Shown here piece after piece: positions 57,155 through 64,000 of a DNA stretch of 64,000 bases. The notes beneath the pieces were generated by a model. It saw only the letters and a program-made list of their open reading frames with translations. It had not been told where the DNA came from and searched no databases. Source of the stretch: Octopus vulgaris (taxonomy: Eukaryota); the NCBI GenBank assembly GCA_951406725.2, contig OX597828.1:31248001-31312000 (forward strand), read 5' to 3'. A program made the translations under genes and the position numbers. Positions within the stretch are counted from its first letter, which is position 1; every line of letters begins with the position of its first letter.

Positions 57155-57848
57155 GGAGTGACAATGAAAGGAGAACAGCATGTGCTCGTGGCATTTCTTT
57201 GACCTTCGAGACACAGGTGGAAAACTTATAATTGATATTCAACTCGAAGTTCGACAGACAGATGCATATAAAACAGCATATAGCTGGTGAAGGTTTATAA
57301 ATTATGCTGCCTTTCTTCCCTTGATATATAGAATCTTATATGTAGAGGAGTTATTAAGGAACTTAAGAAACCATTTCATGATGCAAATATGCCTTTTCTG
57401 AAATCTCTTCCAGCTCACAGCATTTTCGTGCGTTGACTTATATATATTGAAAATGTCCGATAGAAATAACACTCAGCCTGTTCATGTTGAATGCTAGTCT
57501 CGAGTTGCAAGTTAATAAGCAGTGCTTTTCAGTGCTGTGGCTTTTGATGCTGTTGAATAAAATTACGTGGAATGTATACACTCTAACTTAAATGATGGCT
57601 CTACCCATGAAAATAAAATGTATCAGAAATAAATCTTGAGTTGCATGGGGAGATCTTGTAACCGAACTGAAACGAGGACGAAATGCCAATACCTTGTGCA
57701 TAGAATTATGTGTTTAGAAGAAAGAAACGTAGCAATAGTGTATAAAAAGTATAAGGAGATATCCTAAAAATACAGAACATTATATAAACACAAATTTATA
57801 TATATATACATACATACATACATACATATATACATACATGTATATATA

Positions 57849-58366
<518 letters not shown>

Positions 58367-58923
58367 ATATATACATATATACATAGCAATAATAAATCTC
58401 TGAACGAGATGTAAACAGTAACCGCTCGACAACGTAAAGTATAATAGCCATATCAATATGGCTAACCATATATATATATATATATATATATATGCGCACA
58501 TGTATGTATGTATATATATGTATGTATAGAAAATGCATCTTCTGTCATTTTAATGCCCACTACGATCCGCAAGCAACTGGACATTTCTGACGACGGTAAC
58601 TCGAAACGTTCAGTGACATCTTGTGCAAATCGTCTTTGTTCTGGAAGTTTTTCAATTGCGAGAGATATTTGTTTCTTGAAAATGTTGAGATCGTTTCTCG
58701 CGTATCTGATATCGTGAAAACAGTAACTGCGGAATATAATTGAGGAAATAATTGGTAAGATATAAGATTTGTTTATATTGTACTTATATAACACGAACAA
58801 AAAAGGTTAAACAAATCATGGTAAACAAAAATGACAATGTGCAAAGAAGACATTCTCTATGTAGACAACTGTAGATATTATTGCGTATTATGGTTGAGTG
58901 ATCAATATTTTTTTAAAGTGATG

Positions 58924-58995
58924 TGGAAATTTTGGTTAAATACATGGAATTAGTGATGGAAATTTTGGTTAAATACATGGAATTAGTGATGGAAA
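58924..58995 (+). repeat. 33-bp perfect tandem duplication
   Basis: TGGAAATTTTGGTTAAATACATGGAATTAGTGA x2 followed by TGGAAA. Confidence 0.95.
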
Positions 58996-61537
58996 GTGCA
59001 GCTTTGTTTACTGTGGGAAGCACATGCTATATATTATATCCGTGAAAAAATTACCGATCTCCTATGATGTTAGAACAGATAATTTTAAATGCTAAAGTTG
59101 TATAAAAACTGAGCCCTTCAAACTAGCCAGCGGTTGAGAAGGATACCCATGGATTTAAACTAATAATCTCATGTGATTGATAACGAAAACACTTCAGTTG
59201 CTTCTTTATGATTTTATGAGTGTGTCGGGACGCGAAAAGCGAATAGCCATAACTCTACGTTCACAGACATATACACATGTCTGAATATATGCATATATGC
59301 ATTATTTTGTACACAAATGTACTTATGAATATATAATTATAGCTCAGAGCACATCTCAAACTGTGATGAATTATAACTAAACAGTCCGACCAGAGCTTAA
59401 TTTGGCTGAAACATAGATGCCACTGTCAACAACATTCAAGAATAATACATTTTTACTCTACAAATATATGATGCAAACCGTCAAATAAATATGATAAATA
59501 AGCACAAAACAATATATTAATATATATATGTGTGTGTGTGTGTGTGCATGTGTGTGTGTATGAAATTGTATTATTACCTTCTACAAGAAACAAACCCGCC
59601 AGCTGTTATTAAACGTCGGATGTTTAATACAAACTGCAACTTCATATAAAATCTCGACAATTATATACTTTACGAATTAATTATAATTTTACGAAATGCA
59701 TACTGAACTATCACCTTCTTGTCGCCGGCTGATCATTCATGTAGACGGAAATGCTATTGAAGCAGTGGATATTACCGAACAGAAATACTATTACATAGCT
59801 AATGAAAGGATGGAACATGTATTATAATAGTTAAGTTATATTATACGTTCAATGCTTTTAAAAGTAATTTAAGTATATAATTATCAGTACATAATTGTGT
59901 GATTTTGAATAAGTTAATATCAGTAGGTTCCTAATATTTATAACCATCATTATATAATTATTTATTCTTAGCCTGTGCAATGCCCTCGGTATCGTATAAT
60001 GATTTGGCATTACGTTTATATTAGTCATTTGTTCGGGTGATAAATTAGATTTATTAATGAGGTTATATAATATTCTGCTCTTAACATGTATTTTATTTGA
60101 CGTTAAAACTTTTATACAAGTGAAATTCACAAACATCGCAATATTAATCTAGTGAAACGAAAAAATTAACACAATCTCACGTGTCAATATTCTTTCACCT
60201 TCATAAAATGTAGCAAGGAAAAATGAGAGGTGGGGCTCTATCTTCTATGCCTAAAGCTTTCTAAAATGTAATAAAATCTATTGATATATTGCAAAACTGA
60301 AGACTGGAAGTGTAGGTAACGAAACCTCGAAATACCGTTCATATCTGTTGCCCCGAGACGTTGAAATTTCGAGTATTCTATATTTCCTGCATTATTGGAG
60401 ATAATTAAAATATTGTGCATTTTAAATCTTTAATTAATATGTTTGTTGTTCCTATTAGATCGCAGGAATATCTTGAATGGTTTAGTTATCAACGTAGCCG
60501 TATCATGCAACATAATCTATCGATTTTTGTGACTAAATTCTTAGCTGTTTAAGCTATAGTGATGTAACAAACACTCTTTGTAAAGAATTAAAGCGGAACA
60601 GTCAAAAAGCCACGCTGAGAGAGGGAAACAAAGATATACATAAGTGTGTGTGTTGTGCATTTGTGTTTGTGTGCTTGTGTATGTGCATGTGCGTTCATGT
60701 ATGTGTATGCATGTGTTCATGTATGGGCGCGTGTGTATAGCAGCATTTCGCGAACATTCCCTCATCTTTATTCAGTAACAAATTGCAGAGATTTGTCCAA
60801 AGATATGCGGATTTGAATTGAATACGATGTTAAAAACTCGGTAAAGTACTTCCTAAACAGCACAAACTTGCATGTTCTTATATACATTCTTGCAAGCATG
60901 TCCATGCCTGCTCTTATTTTCATGCCTGCTTCAAAATTAACTTACCCACGGATTTTGTTGTGGGAAATAATTCTATTCATGCTTAATAATTTAAAACACA
61001 TTTGAAAACTTCACTGAAAATGGAGTTATTGTATGCTTATCTAAAATGAAATGGGAACGTTTTTGTTTTCTTTCTGCGATTTAAACCATAAATTATATAC
61101 CTACTTCATGTGATAATATCTTACACCTAATCATACCGCACCGCTTTCGGAAATCATAAATAATCATGTTAAAAATCCACCCGATCGTTATTGGATGTTT
61201 GAGCTATCAGTTAAATTGCAAGTTTCTGCAGTGCATTGTATTCAGAAGATCCGCCATGCTTTCGAGAAATGCATGATACCTTTGTCAACGTAATAGTCTA
61301 TAGCTTAACTGAAGAAAAATCTAATGAATTATAAATATTGTAAAATCTTGTTAATATTTTTAACATAACATCCAGATGGACAATGAATTTATGAAATGTA
61401 AAATAACCTATAAATGGTAAGTAATTTCCGGGAGATATGTTTAATTTATGCGCGCTTTATTCAAATTTATTTCAACTTAACCAGGGATGCTATTTAAGTA
61501 TTGCTTACTGAATGTTAAATGGACATTAAATAATATC

Positions 61538-61721
61538 CATTATTTACATTACCTTAGGAATGAGAATCCAGGTTCGAAATTTCCGCAAGTCACCTGAAAA
61601 AGGCTGGAGCGTATATCAGCCGAAAATTTGTGGTAACAACAAAGACGATGAGGGCAAATATCCGTCGAATGTAAATAATGTAACTAATGTACAAAATTCC
61701 TCATCTCTTAAATATAGAAGT
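61538..61721 (+). mobile_element. Hammerhead-SINE tail with short inverted piece
   Basis: CATTATTTACATT (inverted), then ACCTTAGGAATGAGAATCCAGGTTCGAAATTT..CTGAAAAAGGCTG..CAGCCGAAAA..CCTCATCTCTTAAATATAGAAG. Confidence 0.8.
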
Positions 61722-63390
61722 GTATTAAATACGATGTCAGTCTTGATAGTGGAGCGAAGTACTTGCAATAACTACAGTGAAGCATGAGTTTTATTCTATA
61801 GCCACATTCTTAAAATTGATCACGTTGGAACAATGAAATTTGAATTTATATTTAGGACTACTTTGCACTTTTATTCCTTAAAATGTTACCATTAAGAAAA
61901 ACGATAATACCAAAATATTTTATTAATTCCTGTATTATTAAATTTTTGATACTACCTAATTTTAAATGCAATCAAACTTGGAAAATAGCAATGTAGTTTT
62001 TTTTAATTATTACATAAAATTGCATTATATTTAAAACTCATATTTCATCACTGAATAATCTGCTGCTGCTGCTTTTATATTGTGAGATTGTATATTACAT
62101 TTTAGCCAAATTGAAATGTGGTGTAAGGTATTATTAAGAAAAATATATAGAATATGTTTCTAAATTCTCATTAGTAATCACCACCTGTTTCTTCTTCAAA
62201 TCGAGTAAAATATTCTACGTTCTTGAGTATATATAATTAATTCGCAACTTTTAACAATGTGTGCTGGAAAAAAAACTTTTCCTCTCTATATTTCTTTCAA
62301 CAGGCTCCATTGATCAGATCAAGGAAATTAATCATATTCTCAATGAAACATCTTTTGAAACAAAAAATTCTCGAAACGCAAAAACTAAGAACATAAAAGT
62401 AATGTTTTCAAATTAACTTCGGAAGAATATTGAATTGTCGACTGATCGTGAAAGCATTGTGGTTTGAATTGGGATTAACTTCTTAGATAATTCTATTTAA
62501 TATAATGATATGAATTATAAGAAAATCTCGAGAAAGGCACCTACATACAAGTTAGAGCTGTCAAAAATATTTGCCAAATTCAGACACACGGCACAGTAAG
62601 AGTCGGAAACAATTTAAATTAAACAATTATTTGATGGAAACCGACTAAACTTTACAAGACAGTAAAAATAATTTATGATAGGAGACAATGCAACATTTTT
62701 TAAGTGTTATGTCAAGCCTCGTCAGATTATTAAACGAAATATTCCGTATTTGCTTTACCTCTCAACTTGATAAGTTCTAGCCATTGCTTTAGAATTTATT
62801 ATTAACATCAATTATTTAGGAACATGCATATAATATTATATGCAAGGGTAGCATAAATATTATCATGTAAATGAATGTTTCGGCATTATACAATTTATGA
62901 GATTGATTTATGTCGTTTGCGTAGCATTTTATATTGTTCCCTGTTTAGGTTCAATGTGAATATATTGGAAATTATACTCAGTGCTAGCGATATCTACATC
63001 TGTTTCTACATCGAGTTTCTCATTGGCATACAATATTATTCAGTCCACATAAAATAATAACGTACTTTGACTAATTCGATTGCATTGACTCAACATTTCC
63101 TCACTCATATATTTTAATCGTAATCAAATTGTTTTTACTTGAGATGGAGTACCTTAAAGTGAAGAAGCTAGCTTTTAGAGGAACCACTACACGAGATGCA
63201 TCCAGTTCAACGAAACCTCCAATGACTTTGATTTGTTATATGGAATTAGAATTTGCATTATAAACTCCCCTTACAATTGATAAGATATCTTAATTAGACT
63301 TGTTCTATTGTACTCAGTGGTTTTTAAATTTTTTGATCACATTTAATCACACAAGCCTTTTTTTAATGAACCCCTAAGAAATAGTTTTTT

Positions 63391-63977
63391 CCTCAAGAGA
63401 AAGCACAATGTGTATCATGGTTTATTGAGATAAAATCGGATACGCACACTCAACGAAACTACAGAGCAAAGTATAGAAAAGAACCACCATCGCTTCCGTT
63501 AATTCATGCATGGCATAAGAGATTTATGAAGATACGGACAGTGTTACATAGAAAGAAGAGTGGGCTACTAAGAACATCTGAGGAAAACATTGATCACGTG
63601 AGAGAAACCTTTTCTTGCTCACCCACAAAGTTTATCCATACTGCTGTCAGACAAATAGAGCTACCACGTTCAACAGTTCAGACGTTCCTACACACGAAAC
63701 TTCTATTGCTCGCTTACAAAGTGCAACTCTTACGGGCAATCGAGCCAAATGATAAACCAAGTAGAAAATAGTTTGCAGTTTAAATGTTGCGACTAATTTC
63801 TGAAGATGAAGCATTCCTCAGGCGAGTTTGTTTTAGTAATGAGGCAACCTTTTACGTTTCAGTGAAACTGAACAAGTAGAACGTGAGAATCTGGGGGATC
63901 AGAAGAACCCCAGTTATCTTATCAATTGTCTTTGAAATGAATTTTATAAATTATGGAAAGACTTTATGGACATCCTG
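63391..63977 (+). mobile_element. Tc1/mariner-superfamily (DUF4817/rosa-like) transposase pseudogene
   Basis: PQEKAQCVSWFIE..RKEPPS..FSCSPTK..AYKVQLLRAIEPND..VCFSNEATFYVS..NVRIWGSEEP; ends in TIR AAAGACTTTATGGACATCCTG|TA. Confidence 0.88.
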
Positions 63978-64000
63978 TATTTCTGACGCCTCAAATATAT

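Noticed and set aside
58582-58616. CTGACGA..GAAACGTT hammerhead-like match
   Set aside because: Stems I and II pair poorly and there is no repeat context; treated as a probable chance match

Overview
AT-rich, microsatellite-saturated eukaryotic non-coding DNA. The SINE repertoire and repeat landscape point to an octopus/cephalopod genome (inference). No intact protein-coding gene is recognisable, and nearly all ORFs in the track are translated microsatellites or transposon remnants. The window contains stacked R4/Dong-like RLE retrotransposon 3' ends in (TAA)n, several tRNA-derived SINE families, decayed mariner/Tc1, CR1/L2-like and hAT-like fragments, non-autonomous Helitrons, local duplications and many fold-back remnants that resemble Penelope-like elements (PLEs). 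The most striking signal is a repeated chimeric element at 6 loci: a tRNA-like Pol III head, a (TAA)n/(GAA)n microsatellite, and a tail carrying a minimal type-I hammerhead ribozyme motif. All 5 loci that keep the tail also have an inverted tail copy at the other end. This suggests a hammerhead-bearing SINE mobilised by PLE machinery. Six to seven further hammerhead-motif families occur in the same window.
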